A stretch of DNA of 64,000 bases from Octopus vulgaris (Eukaryota): NCBI GenBank assembly GCA_951406725.2, contig OX597819.1, positions 92,318,001 through 92,382,000 on the forward strand. The letters are read 5' to 3'. Position 1 is the stretch's first letter. Each line of letters starts with the position of its first letter. A model generated the notes under the pieces. That model had not been told where the DNA came from, made no database searches, and saw nothing but the letters and a program-made list of their open reading frames with translations. Of this stretch, positions 25,031-38,249 are shown piece after piece. The translations under genes and the position numbers were made by a program.

Positions 25031-25858
25031 CCAAAAAGCCAAAAAAAAAAAAAAAAGAAACAATGCAGTTATTAGATAAAAGGACTTGAAATTAATGCAT
25101 ACAAGATATCCCAGCTCTGGTATCAATCATTCATAGTTAGCCTATGAACTTTTCCGCCCACCCTTGTATTCCATCTACCACAAAGGCTTTCCAGCTGCAA
25201 TACGCTTTCTTTTCAGCCATAGTGCATCAATGAATAACGTATCTAGCGTGCTATTCCTTTTTCAAGGTGGCAGAGAGTGATTTACGAAAAAATCATTTGC
25301 TCTTTCTAATAAATCGAGTCACTGCATAGAAGCTCCTTCCTTGGTTCGTTGATCAATGATAATAAATGCGGGGAATTTTACTTATATGATTATGCAAAAA
25401 GGTTAAAATAGCTTTGGTATCAAGAATAATAATTTCGTTCCTGAGGAACAATGCCAATATTTTAGTGTAGGAGCAGGAAAGAATAATTTGATGAATCATT
25501 ACAGATTACTAAAACATAATATGAAAGATTAGATGAATTGCTATATTTTGAAGTAGGAAAGAAGAAAGAAAGCGAAATGAACTGTCGCAAATTATACTTG
25601 TACGATCAAAAATATATGGGTTTCTTCACATTTTCGATAAACTTCAGTCAACTCTGGACTTTCCACTTCATTAATCATTCAAAAGGAGTGATCTATGAGA
25701 TGTGTAATTTATAATAAAAGTTCAACTAAAGGAAGTCTCAAAAGAATTTACACCTCGAAAAGAAGTACCAAACAGACAATTTCATGCGAAATAAAACTAA
25801 GTGACTTTTGTTGATTAAATAAATTTGGAACTAATTTTACAGGCAACGCATTGTGAAA

Positions 25859-25898
<40 letters not shown>

Positions 25899-27043
25899 CA
25901 AAAAAAAGGACACGAAATGTAATAAGTTTAAAAGAGTGATTCAAATAAAAAGAAACATAAGAGTCTTAGACAATAGGTTGAGATTTTTCTTTTGTCAAAC
26001 ACATCCATCAAGAGGATATTCTACGACCCATTTAATATAGTAAATTAAAATGAGCCAATAAACGATTGACAGTTACAAATAGATATACACTGATTAAATG
26101 TTAAACTACTTCATCACTTGGCAATAAAACCTAAAATAAACACAATATATTTTCAGCGAACATACAAACACATCCACACATGCAGGTACATTTACATACA
26201 TTCATACACCTACTTACTCCTTACAACACAAGCACACACACACACACACACACACAGACACACACGCACGCACACACAGAGACAATTATACATACAAAAC
26301 ACCTAAAGACAGACTCAGTCCTCAGACACACACACACAGACATATATGTATAAGGCATACGTACAACATACAACCGTACACACACACATATTCTCATTTA
26401 TATTTGTCTTATATTGATTTCTTCTTAGATTAAAAGGTTAGGTTTTCCGATTCGTATTAGAGGATACATCTTTAAAATATTTCTTTCGCTTTGTGGTTCC
26501 ACAAATAATTATTTTCTCTGTTATTGGTTTAAGTTCTCATTCATATCTCTAAATGACTAATTGACAAATGGGTTGCTTTCTATTAAAATGCATTTCAAAA
26601 TAAGTATCTATTAAGTAGTTTCATAGATTGACACGTTTAATGCAGAGATCATTAAAACATCATTTGCTACAATTATGCATCAAAATAAAGAAAAGCTATA
26701 CTAGTCAATAATGGATGTTGTAATTATTACAAATAAGGGAGAAAACTCAAGATATGCGGTGCCCTATTTTGACGTCATCAGCTGAGCAATGATTTCTCTA
26801 TACTTGCTGAGATAAGGATGGAAGTAAATGAACGGAAATATACATTGTTTGTTGTAGATATATTTAATTGTTTAGCTGATACATTATTCGAAAGCGCAAC
26901 ATTTTCTGAGGTTAAATTCACACTCATTTCCTCGATTTCGACAATCGAGAAAATAGGAAAAAGCAGGCAAAATCTCTCCCATTCAATCAACGATACTCTT
27001 CTACGATAATTAGAACTGGTTTACATATTTAGCCCATTAATTA

Positions 27044-27305
27044 TTCTTTTACTCTTTTACTAGTTTCAGTCATTTGACTGTGGCCATGCTGGAGCACCGC
27101 CTTTAGTCGAGCAAATTGACCCCAGGCCTTATTCTTTGTAAGCCTAGTACTTATTCTATCGGTCTCTTTTGCCGAACCGCTAAGTTACGGGGACGTAAAC
27201 ACACCAGCATCGGTTGTCAAGCGATGTTGGGAGGGGGGACAAACACAGACACACAAACACATACACACACACACACATACATACATACATACATACATAC
27301 ATACA

Positions 27306-27341
<36 letters not shown>

Positions 27342-27381
27342 TGTATGTATATATATATATGTATGTATATGTATGTATATA

Positions 27382-27422
<41 letters not shown>

Positions 27423-27920
27423 ATATATATATATATATGTATGTATATATATATATATATATGTATGTATATATATATATATATATGTATGTATATATAT
27501 ATATATATGTATATATACATACGATAGGCTTCTTTCAGTTTCCGTCTACCAAATCCACTCACAAAGCTTTGGTCGGTCTAAGGCTATAGTAGAAGACTGG
27601 CAGAATCGTTAGCACGCCGGGCGAAATGCTTAGCAGTATTTCGTCTGCCGTTACGTTCTGAGTTCAAATTCCGCCGAGGTCGACTTTGCCTTTCATCCTT
27701 TCGGAGTCGATAAATTAAGTACCAGTTTCGCACTGGGGTCGATGTAATCTACTTAATCCGTTTGTCTGTCTTTGTTTGTCCTCTCTGTGTTTAGCCCCTT
27801 GTGGGTAGTAAATAAATATATAGTAGAAGACACTTGCCCAAGGAGCCATGCAGTGGGATTGAACCCAGAACCATGTGGTTGGTAAACAAGCTACGTAACA
27901 CGCAGCCACCTCTAAGCCTA
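27044..27920 (-). mobile_element. SINE family A with expanded internal microsatellite and nested SINE B
   Basis: Family A sequence is split at TATAGTAGAAGAC, which is duplicated at 27585-27597 and 27819-27831. Confidence 0.88.
27598..27818 (+). mobile_element. SINE family B nested in SINE A, 13-bp TSD
   Basis: TGGCAGAATCGTTAGCACGCCGGGCG...GAGTTCAAATTCC...; TSD TATAGTAGAAGAC. Confidence 0.9.
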
Positions 27921-28119
27921 CATGTGGTTTAATTTTCAATCTCAAATTAGTTGCAATAAATAAATAACTTGTATTGAATAAATTTCCTGTTTTGACAATA
28001 CTACATAAGAAGGAGTTAAACCATTGAAAATATAGTTTACCAGTCTTCTAGACATATAGACAGAAACAAATAACGATTTCTAACAGAAGCACAAAGCTAC
28101 AAGGTTTTACGGAGATGTA

Positions 28120-28684
28120 TTGGGTTGTCCGGAAAGTTCGTGCCGATTTTTGAAGGAAAGGGAAAGGTCAATAAATACTTGCCATTACATTTTTAATCAA
28201 CCAAATATGAACCATTTTATTGCACAATGCGTCTTCATCTTTCTTTAACTTGAAAATACCCTCTTCCCAGAATTGAGGTGGTTTCATGGCAAAGAATTCA
28301 TCAAGGTATCTTTTTACGTCATCCAAGGAATTGAAATTTTTACCATTAAGACTATTCTGCAGCAACCTGAATAAGTGGAAATCCGAAGGAACAATATCTG
28401 GTGAATATGGAGTGCAGGGTAACACATCCCAGCCGAGCTTCGGCAATTTTTGTCTGGTTCCCAAAGCATCAAGTGCCGAAAATGAAATTTCTTATCTTCC
28501 ATTTTAAAGGATTACAGAATTAACACAGGTTATAGGAACATAAACCTTATTCCACGAAAAGATAGCTTAAACTGCGCTCTAAATGGAGGTGTAGTCAAAT
28601 CCTATTTTATGGATTCAACCATGTTCTAAAATAAGTCGAAAGGAAAGCTACTATAAATCGGCAAGAACTTTCCGGACAACCCAA
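28120..28684 (-). mobile_element. Internally deleted mariner element
   Basis: TA|TTGGGTTGTCCGGAAAGTTCGTGCCGATTT ... AAATCGGCAAGAACTTTCCGGACAACCCAA|TA; MEDKKFHFRHLML joined to TRQKL..LGWDVLP.PYSPDIVPSDFHLF. Confidence 0.93.
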
Positions 28685-29359
28685 TAGATTCAATTACATA
28701 GAACCCAATACTTTCCCTGGTAACATCCTATCGATCTCGGGAAGATTAAAAGCAAAGTACGAGAGGTGATATAACTAAGAACTACAGGGCATTTTGCCTT
28801 TCGCCTTACCGATTCTCCGATCAGCAGTCTTTAGGACGAGAAACGATAGCCAGAGTAAAAAAGCCAAAAATACTTATAAATAAAGTTACGGTGGTTTTAC
28901 TTCTATACAAGAACCATATTGTATATCTCTTTAACAAATCAGAAGCTGCAATCGATCGGCAAGTTAAATACCCTTCTCTGCTAACGGGAATCAAAAGTGA
29001 CGGGATCAATACATTGTCCGTTAAGACTGCACCACTTTCGCTTTAAAACATCGATAGCTACGGATGAAACTCAAAGCGAGGTTGCTGTAGGTTGTATGTC
29101 TAAGAAGTTTATAACAAACGGACTATTACATTGGATATCGAATTAGTAACCTTAAGTAATGTTTGTAATTGATGCACCTGGTGTTCATTGGAAAATATTC
29201 CAATAATATGGGCTTTGCTTTTATAGACACACACACATACATACACCTACATGTACACCATATATGAAGATACAGAAGTATATAAACGCACACGTAAGCA
29301 CATAATAATATAGGTGTGTGCGTGCGTTGTGTTTGTTTGTGTGGGTGTGTTGTGTTTGT

Positions 29360-29411
<52 letters not shown>

Positions 29412-29501
29412 TTGTTCGTGGGCACGTCAGGAAATGTGTTCGTTCGGGTCTGCATAGGCTTCTCTTTGTGTACACACACACGTACACACACACACACACA
29501 A

Positions 29502-29534
<33 letters not shown>

Positions 29535-29642
29535 AAAACATATATACGTACATATTCATACATGTATCACATACATGAATGTACACATACAAATATATAT
29601 ATAAATATATATACACACATATATAGGCACATATTATATTTG

Positions 29643-29695
<53 letters not shown>

Positions 29696-29786
29696 TATAT
29701 TATACATGTATATATGTATATACATATATTTGAATGCATATATGTAGCTCCCAATCTATCTATCTATCTATCTATCTATTTATATA

Positions 29787-29860
<74 letters not shown>

Positions 29861-30950
29861 ATATATATCTACGTATATATAAAATATTTACAACGTGTGT
29901 GTGTGTATGTGTGTATATATAAGACTTGTATTTTAATACACCAGTTGCTGATAATATTGGAATTTTCACACTATATTGTAAACCAGCTAGAAATGCAAGG
30001 AATAGCAGAAAAAAAAGTGAAATCCTTGAAAACAATAAAATCGTAAACAAAAAGAGAGAAGAAACGAAAAAGACAAACAAGGAAAAAACCTGGAATTGAT
30101 TATTGCTTTTACTTCTTATTCAGAAATATTTGGATATCTATGTTTTTGAATAATGTAAAGCTTTGTAAGAAGACAAGCTTCCATATTTTCTGATGCCTTA
30201 AAACACTTCTTTCCTTTTATTGGTAGAAAATGCTTAAGAAATACAATAAACGTGAAGAGAGCGTGTGAAGACATATATAAAATGTTTTATTTGATATCTG
30301 GTGTATAATGATTTATATGTTATACATAAGGAAAGCTTAAAATTAAAGACAAAACAAAATAAAATTAAATGTCTAATCACAATATAGAGCTTCTTATTTT
30401 CATTATTTGTTAAAATACTCTCACCAGAAAAACATGCTAAACCAAAACTCTGAATCAAGACTAATCCTTTTGAATGAAATAAATAAGAATTAGAATGGAA
30501 ATTACATAACACAAAACAATAATATGTAGACGAAAACTCCAGCAGACAATGACATCGATTCAGTCCCATTCGCTTTCTGAAGCATTGTCAAAAAGAAAAT
30601 AGCGTATAATTATAAAAATATCTGTTTATTTCAATTATTTTCCTTTATACTACATATCTAAGTAAGTGTACAGGCCAGGATCATTAGTGAGTAATGATGA
30701 CCTTTTCGTAATAGTGAGACATTACACAATCACCCGCCACGATCAACATCATAAATCCACGAATCGACAGCATGTATTCATATAAAACTTCTGCAATGTT
30801 TCTTAACCAGGTACCTCAAGCTATACCTAGATGGACTGTGTTTTTCTAAATGTAAGGCAAGACTTTAAAAATGTAATATAGTGTTTAAGTATTCAGGGAA
30901 AGTGTAATAAGCAAAGGTATGAACCAATTTTCAATATTTTACCTTATTGA

Positions 30951-31150
30951 GGCGGCGAGCTGGCAGAAACGCTAGCACGCCGGGCGAAATGCATAGCGAT
31001 ATTTCGTCTGGCCTTACGTTCTGAGTTCAAATTCCGCCGAGACCGACTTTGCCCTTCATCATTTCGGGGTCGATAAATTAAGTACCAGCTGCGTAATGGG
31101 GTCGATCTAATCCACTGGTTTTCCTTCCCCGAAATGTAAGGCCTTGTGAA
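30951..31150 (+). mobile_element. SINE family B
   Basis: GGCGGCGAGCTGGCAGAAACG...; flanked by AATATTTTACCTTATT duplications. Confidence 0.88.
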
Positions 31151-31199
31151 AATAATATTTTACCTTATTTACCGTAGAAAATAATATTTTACCTTATTT

Positions 31200-31398
31200 G
31201 GGTGGAGAGCTGAGAAAATCGCTAGCAAAAACATTAAGGTGCTTTGCGGTATTTCGTTCAACTTCACGCTCTCATTTCAAATTACACCTATCATCCTTTC
31301 GGGGTCGATAAAATAAGTACCAGCTGAACGCTGGGGTCGATGTAATCGACTTACCCACTTTCCCGAAATTGCTGGCCTTGTGCCAATATATGAAACCG
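31200..31398 (+). mobile_element. SINE family B (older copy)
   Basis: Homology to the family; flanked by ATATTTTACCTTATTTG. Confidence 0.8.
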
Positions 31399-32204
31399 AT
31401 ATTTTACCTTATTTGTAGGCGCTTCAATATTTCATTAAAACAATATCGAATATTGATAGAATCAAAAAGATTAATAACCACTATTTACTATCTTATAAAG
31501 CGACACATTGATCCTAATGTGTATCTGGATATCCTGTCAATAGGGATCAAATAGGATGATCACGGTTGGAATGCCTTTAATCGTAGTGCTGCTTGTTCAG
31601 GGCTGAACTATTGATAAATAAGAACACAAATCAAATTTTGCCCACCATTACGACGACCACCAAAATCACTACAACCACCACCAAAGCCACCGCAACCACG
31701 AAACCCACTGCCGCTGCAATTACACAACCTCCACCACCGTCATTACAACCACTAACATCACATTTAGAACTGACCTTTGTTAAACGATGGTATCGTGATT
31801 ACTGCGACAACACCAGCATTACCACGTGTCACACTCGAGTAACGATTCCCTCTATTTATACCATTCCCAATGATAGTAGAAGATCAAATAATTTAATCAA
31901 CTGTTTGTTATTGTTTTACCATTAATCAGTAATTGGTTGCAAGAATGGTCATTCAGAGTAGGTCACTGAGCTCTACCTGTCTTGGACCCTATATTGCTGA
32001 GTGTAATAAAGACTTTCTGCCGTCATGGGACTAACCTGGGATGTCGATAACAAGCTTGAAAATATCTGGCGTTTAAGTATTTAGAGGTCATCCAGGCTGC
32101 TTTCCTCATAATATGTGTAGAATGCATTCTTCCCTTGGAGCTGCAGCTGTCATTTTGAAGATAGTATGGGTTAACAGATATCTCAATGGCACGTTAAAAT
32201 ATTT

Positions 32205-32378
32205 GTTTCAGAATTTGGCTCAAGGTCAACAAGTTCGGGGGAGGCGGAAGGTAGGAGGCTAAATCGATTACATAGGCCCCAGTGATCAACTGGTATTTTG
32301 TTTATTGACCGCCAAAGGATGAAAGGCGTAGCTGACCACGCCGGAATTTCAACACAACATAAAGACGGACGAAATGCT
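32205..32378 (-). mobile_element. SINE family B, degenerate
   Basis: AAAGGATGAAAGGC...CCGGAATTTCAACACAAC is the reverse complement of family B. Confidence 0.65.
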
Positions 32379-32382
32379 GCCA

Positions 32383-32535
32383 TCTTCTTCTTCTTCTTCT
32401 TCTTCTTCTTCTTCTTCTTCTTCTTCTTCTTCTTCTTCTTCTTCTTCTTCTTCTCTTCTTCTTCTTCTTCTTCTTCTTCTTCTTCTTCTTCTTCTTCTTC
32501 TTCTTCTTCTTCTTCTTCTTCTTCTTCTCCTCTTC

Positions 32536-32567
<32 letters not shown>

Positions 32568-32633
32568 CTTCTTCTCCTCCTCTTCTTCTTCTTCTTCTTC
32601 TTCTTCTTCTTCTTCTTCTTCTTCTTCTTCTTC
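32383..32633. repeat. (TTC)n microsatellite
   Basis: Direct reading. Confidence 0.97.
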
Positions 32634-32740
32634 GGTTACTGCTGCTTAAGTCATCAAACGTCAGAATCAAATATTTCTCTGCACCCATAAACACTACTTT
32701 TTCAGATCTGCTGCTACCTACCGAGTCTTCACAGAGGAAA

Positions 32741-32771
<31 letters not shown>

Positions 32772-33091
32772 AAGAGAAAGGGAAAGAGATAGAGAGAGAA
32801 AGAGAAAGAGAGACAGACAGACAGAAGAAACAAAAATGTTCTAACTATTTGGAGACTATGGAAATATTTACAAAATATCACATTTAGTTTTTTCTTCAAT
32901 TTAATTGTGTTTCTTCTTAATCAATATCCACCTTAGTCGAAAAGACTCAAATCAGTACTAACCGTTACAAAATGCATTTCATGATAAAATTATTTTAGCA
33001 TATTCTACCTTGGCTTATTTACCTTTTACATATCAACTGGTGTGTTACTTTTCAACCTCCTACATACACACAAACACACAAACACATACTT

Positions 33092-33127
<36 letters not shown>

Positions 33128-33133
33128 GTATGC

Positions 33134-33168
<35 letters not shown>

Positions 33169-34456
33169 CGTGTGTGTGTATGTGTGTGTGTATGTGTGTG
33201 TGTGTATGTGTGTGAGCATGTGCATGTATGTATGTATAATAATATGTATATATATATATATATAAATGTATATGCCTATGCGGGAACTTTCTATTTGGCT
33301 GCCAGCATCAATTTTCTCTTCGAATTGATTTTATATACAGTATAACCTCTTATAGAGTAATTAATGATGTGAATGTAATTTCACTATAAATCAATAAAGA
33401 GTTATTAGTTATTAAAGTTTGAAAATTTTGGCAATTTTAGCCAATCGTAAGCCATACACATTCATGTCTACTTCGATAGTAACAAGCGGAACATGAGAAC
33501 TCTTTTGCCTATTGCCATAGTAACAGTTTTTGAAAAGTCTGTGATGAAGCAGGTGTTGACAGCAGCCTTTGAAAAGTCATTTATCTGCGGGGAAGCACGT
33601 GTTAAGTATTAATTGAATGCATTTCTAACTTTCGTTTTCAATTTTAGAAATATTTTGTAATGCGTTGCTTATTGCATGTTTAAATGCTTGTTTTTAAAGC
33701 ATATTTTGTTAACTCTTAATTTCATATATAACACATAAACATATACATCTTTCGGAACATAGTTATTTTATAAGATTTTGCTGGCTAATTTTAAAATTAA
33801 CATAAACATTTATTTACACCAAAGAAAATTAGCGGAGAAGTTTCATTTAATTCTTCCAAATCTTTCTGTTAAAAATTGAAATATGTTTATCGTATATCAC
33901 GTGATATTTATCGCATTTGCATTGAGCATTGATGCAGTTGTAAGGTATGCTAAAAATAACAGCTAAATAAGATTTAATTAAATGAAAGAAAATTATCGGA
34001 GACATAACACGTGTTGTTTACAAATATTGACAAGACGTGGTATTTTCAAGATGTTGACGACAAAATGTGCAGTCGGGTACAAAATGACATCTTCCAAATC
34101 CTATTTCCCGACGTGGTGAAAATGACCAAACTTTAAACCTCTATAACCTTGTATAACCTTGTATAACCAAGTGTATCATTGTGCCAAATTTGAAAATTTT
34201 CGGGAAACTTTAGGTTTTGAAATGCTGGCAGCCAAACCGTAAAGATACCATATGCGTCCTTTGTGGTTGTTTGTCCCTAGCACCAGTTGAAAACCGGTGT
34301 TATTTTGTTTACACTCCCATAACTTAGCAGTTATAAATAAGAGGTCGATGGAATAAGTATCAACCTTTCAAAATAAGCGCAGAGTCGTTTCTTTCCTCTA
34401 AAACTCTTGAAGGCGGGCCCCAGTATGTTGACAGTCTGATGACTGAAACAAATATA

Positions 34457-34482
<26 letters not shown>

Positions 34483-34495
<13 letters not shown>

Positions 34496-37400
34496 TAAGG
34501 GTAGAAATTGATATTTATCAATTAAGACCAGTGGTCTAGCATATTAAAAAAAGAATCCGAAGATTAAAATATTTATATATACCAATTAAGGACTGAACAC
34601 GAAAAGTGGACAGTCAACATGCTAGATATAGACGTCAAATCGTCATTCTCCACAAAAGATTATGTTCTCAGATCAAACTCAACACAAAACCATAGCAATA
34701 AACAAGTGAAAAATATACGAAATAAAATAATTACCCATGTACTAACTTAGTTTCAGCTGTTATTTTCCGCAAGGAAAACTGCAGCCATCATCAGCATGGT
34801 CCGTTATAAATGTAATTTGCTGGACTAGATGCAAACACGATACCGAAATATCGCGTGCATGGAGTTCAGCCTATTACATTTGAATATATCTTTCAAATGC
34901 CTTTACCTTGGCGCGTTGAAACCTGAGAAAACTAGCCTGCAGCTAATAATTAGCAGCAGTTAATTTATCGGTTAGAGAACATATTTATTTATATAAAATT
35001 AATTAAGGGTAGAAATTGATATTTATCAATTAAGACCAGTGGTCTAGCATATTAAAAAAAGAATCCGAAGATTAAAATATTTATATATACCAATTAAGGA
35101 CTGAACACGAAAAGTGGACAGTCAACATGCTAGATATAGACGTCAAATCGTCATTCTCCACAAAAGATTATGTTCTCAGATCAAACTCAACACAAAACCA
35201 TAGCAATAAACAAGTGAAAAATATACGAAATAAAATAATTACCCATGTACTAACTTAGTTTCAGCTGTTATTTTCCGCAAGGAAAACTGCAGCCATCATC
35301 AGCATGGTCCGTTATAAATGTAATTTGCTGGACTAGATGCAAACACGATACCGAAATATCGCGTGCATGGAGTTCAGCCTATTACATTTGAATATATCTT
35401 TCAAATGCCTTTACCTTGGCGCGTTGAAACCCGAGAAAACTAGCCTGCAGCTAATAATTAGCAGCAGTTAATTTATCGGTTAGAGAACATATTTATTTAT
35501 ATAAAATTAATTAAGGGTAGAAATTGATATTTATCAATTAAGACCAGTGGTCTAGCATATTAAAAAAAGAATCCGAAGATTAAAATATTTATATATACCA
35601 ATTAAGGACTGAACATGAAAAGTGGACAGTCAACATGCTAGATATAGACGTCAAATCGTCATTCTCCACAAAAGATTATGTTCTCAGATCAAACTCAACA
35701 CAAAACCATAGCAATAAACAAGTGAAAAATATACGAAATAAAATAATTACCCATGTACTAACTTAGTTTCAGCTGTTATTTTCCGCAAGGAAAACTGCAG
35801 CCATCATCAGCATGGTCCGTTATAAATGTAATTTGCTGGACTAGATGCAAACACGATACCGAAATATCGCGTGCATGGAGTTCAGCCTATTACATTTGAA
35901 TATATCTTTCAAATGCCTTTACCTTGGCGCGTTGAAACCCGAGAAAACTAGCCTGCAGCTAATAATTAGCAGCAGTTAATTTATCGGTTAGAGAACATAT
36001 TTATTTATATAAAATTAATTAAGGGTAGAAATTGATATTTATCAATTAAGACCAGTGGTCTAGCATATTAAAAAAAGAATCCGAAGATTAAAATATTTAT
36101 ATATACCAATTAAGGACTGAACACGAAAAGTGGACAGTCAACATGCTAGATATAGACGTCAAATCGTCATTCTCCACAAAAGATTATGTTCTCAGATCAA
36201 ACTCAACACAAAACCATAGCAATAAACAAGTGAAAAATATACGAAATAAAATAATTACCCATGTACTAACTTAGTTTCAGCTGTTATTTTCCGCAAGGAA
36301 AACTGCAGCCATCATCAGCATGGTCCGTTATAAATGTAATTTGCTGGACTAGATGCAAACACGATACCGAAATATCGCGTGCATGGAGTTCAGCCTATTA
36401 CATTTGAATATATCTTTCAAATGCCTTTACCTTGGCGCGTTGAAACCCGAGAAAACTAGCCTGCAGCTAATAATTAGCAGCAGTTAATTTATCGGTTAGA
36501 GAACATATTTATTTATATAAAATTAATTAAGGGTAGAAATTGATATTTATCAATTAAGACCAGTGGTCTAGCATATTAAAAAAAGAATCCGAAGATTAAA
36601 ATATTTATATATACCAATTAAGGACTGAACATGAAAAGTGGACAGTCAACATGCTAGATATAGACGTCAAATCGTCATTCTCCACAAAAGATTATGTTCT
36701 CAGATCAAACTCAACACAAAACCATAGCAATAAACAAGTGAAAAATATACGAAATAAAATAATTACCCATGTACTAACTTAGTTTCAGCTGTTATTTTCC
36801 GCAAGGAAAACTGCAGCCATCATCAGCATGGTCCGTTATAAATGTAATTTGCTGGACTAGATGCAAACACGATACCGAAATATCGCGTGCATGGAGTTCA
36901 GCCTATTACATTTGAATATATCTTTCAAATGCCTTTACCTTGGCGCGTTGAAACCCGAGAAAACTAGCCTGCAGCTAATAATTAGCAGCAGTTAATTTAT
37001 CGGTTAGAGAACATATTTATTTATATAAAATTAATTAAGGGTAGAAATTGATATTTATCAATTAAGACCAGTGGTCTAGCATATTAAAAAAAGAATCCGA
37101 AGATTAAAATATTTATATATACCAATTAAGGACTGAACACGAAAAGTGGACAGTCAACATGCTAGATATAGACGTCAAATCGTCATTCTCCACAAAAGAT
37201 TATGTTCTCAGATCAAACTCAACACAAAACCATAGCAATAAACAAGTGAAAAATATACGAAATAAAATAATTACCCATGTACTAACTTAGTTTCAGCTGT
37301 TATTTTCCGCAAGGAAAACTGCAGCCATCATCAGCATGGTCCGTTATAAATGTAATTTGCTGGACTAGATGCAAACACGATACCGAAATATCGCGTGCAT

Positions 37401-38070
37401 GGAGTTCAGCCTATTACATTTGAATATATCTTTCAAATGCCTTTACCTTGGCGCGTTGAAACCCGAGAAAACTAGCCTGCAGCTAATAATTAGCAGCAGT
37501 TAATTTATCGGTTAGAGAACATATTTATTTATATAAAATTAATTAAGGGTAGAAATTGATATTTATCAATTAAGACCAGTGGTCTAGCATATTAAAAAAA
37601 GAATCCGAAGATTAAAATATTTATATATACCAATTAAGGACTGAACATGAAAAGTGGACAGTCAACATGCTAGATATAGACGTCAAATCGTCATTCTCCA
37701 CAAAAGATTATGTTCTCAGATCAAACTCAACACAAAACCATAGCAATAAACAAGTGAAAAATATACGAAATAAAATAATTACCCATGTACTAACTTAGTT
37801 TCAGCTGTTATTTTCCACAAGGAAAACTGCAGCCATCATCAGCATGGTCCGTTATAAATGTAATTTGCTGGACTAGATGCAAACACGATACCGAAATATC
37901 GCGTGCATGGAGTTCAGCCTATTACATTTGAATATATCTTTCAAATGCCTTTACCTTGGCGCGTTGAAACCCGAGAAAACTAGCCTGCAGCTAATAATTA
38001 GCAGCAGTTAATTTATCGGTTAGAGAACATATTTATTTATATAAAATTAATTAAGGGTAGAAATTGATAT
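34483..38070 (-). repeat. Tandem array, 7 x 508 bp plus ~30 bp, hammerhead-bearing (non-LTR retrozyme-like)
   Basis: TTAATTAAGGGTAG recurs at 34491, 34999, 35507, 36015, 36523, 37031, 37539 and 38047; copies differ at only about 3 positions; bounded by (TA)n. Confidence 0.97.
34735..34799 (-). ncRNA. Type I hammerhead ribozyme (also at +508n: 35243, 35751, 36259, 36767, 37275, 37783)
   Basis: Minus strand: CCATG-CTGATGA-T-GGCTG-cag-TTTTCC-ttgc-GGAAAA-taa-CAGCT-GAAA-CTAA-g-TTAG-TA-CATGG; intact core, stems I/II/III, GUA cleavage between 34740 and 34739. Confidence 0.88.
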
Positions 38071-38073
38071 TGA

Positions 38074-38228
38074 TATTTTATTTCGTATATTTTTCACTTG
38101 TTTATTGCTATGGTTTTGTGTTGAGTTTGATCTGAGAACATAATCTTTTGTGGAGAATGACGATTTGACGTCTATATCTAGCATGTTGACTGTCCACTTT
38201 TCGTGTTCAGTCCTTAATTGGTATATAT
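38074..38228 (+). repeat. Inverted partial copy of the 508-bp unit
   Basis: Reverse complement of about 34575-34729. Confidence 0.95.
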
Positions 38229-38249
38229 ATATATATATATATATGGAAT

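Noticed and set aside
33345-34240. Possible non-autonomous DNA or Helitron-type element
   Set aside because: Could not define termini or a TSD from the sequence alone
34483-38070. CRISPR array, rDNA or coding tandem repeat
   Set aside because: Whole 508-bp units are identical with no unique spacers, there is no rRNA similarity and no ORF of 60 aa or more; eukaryotic context
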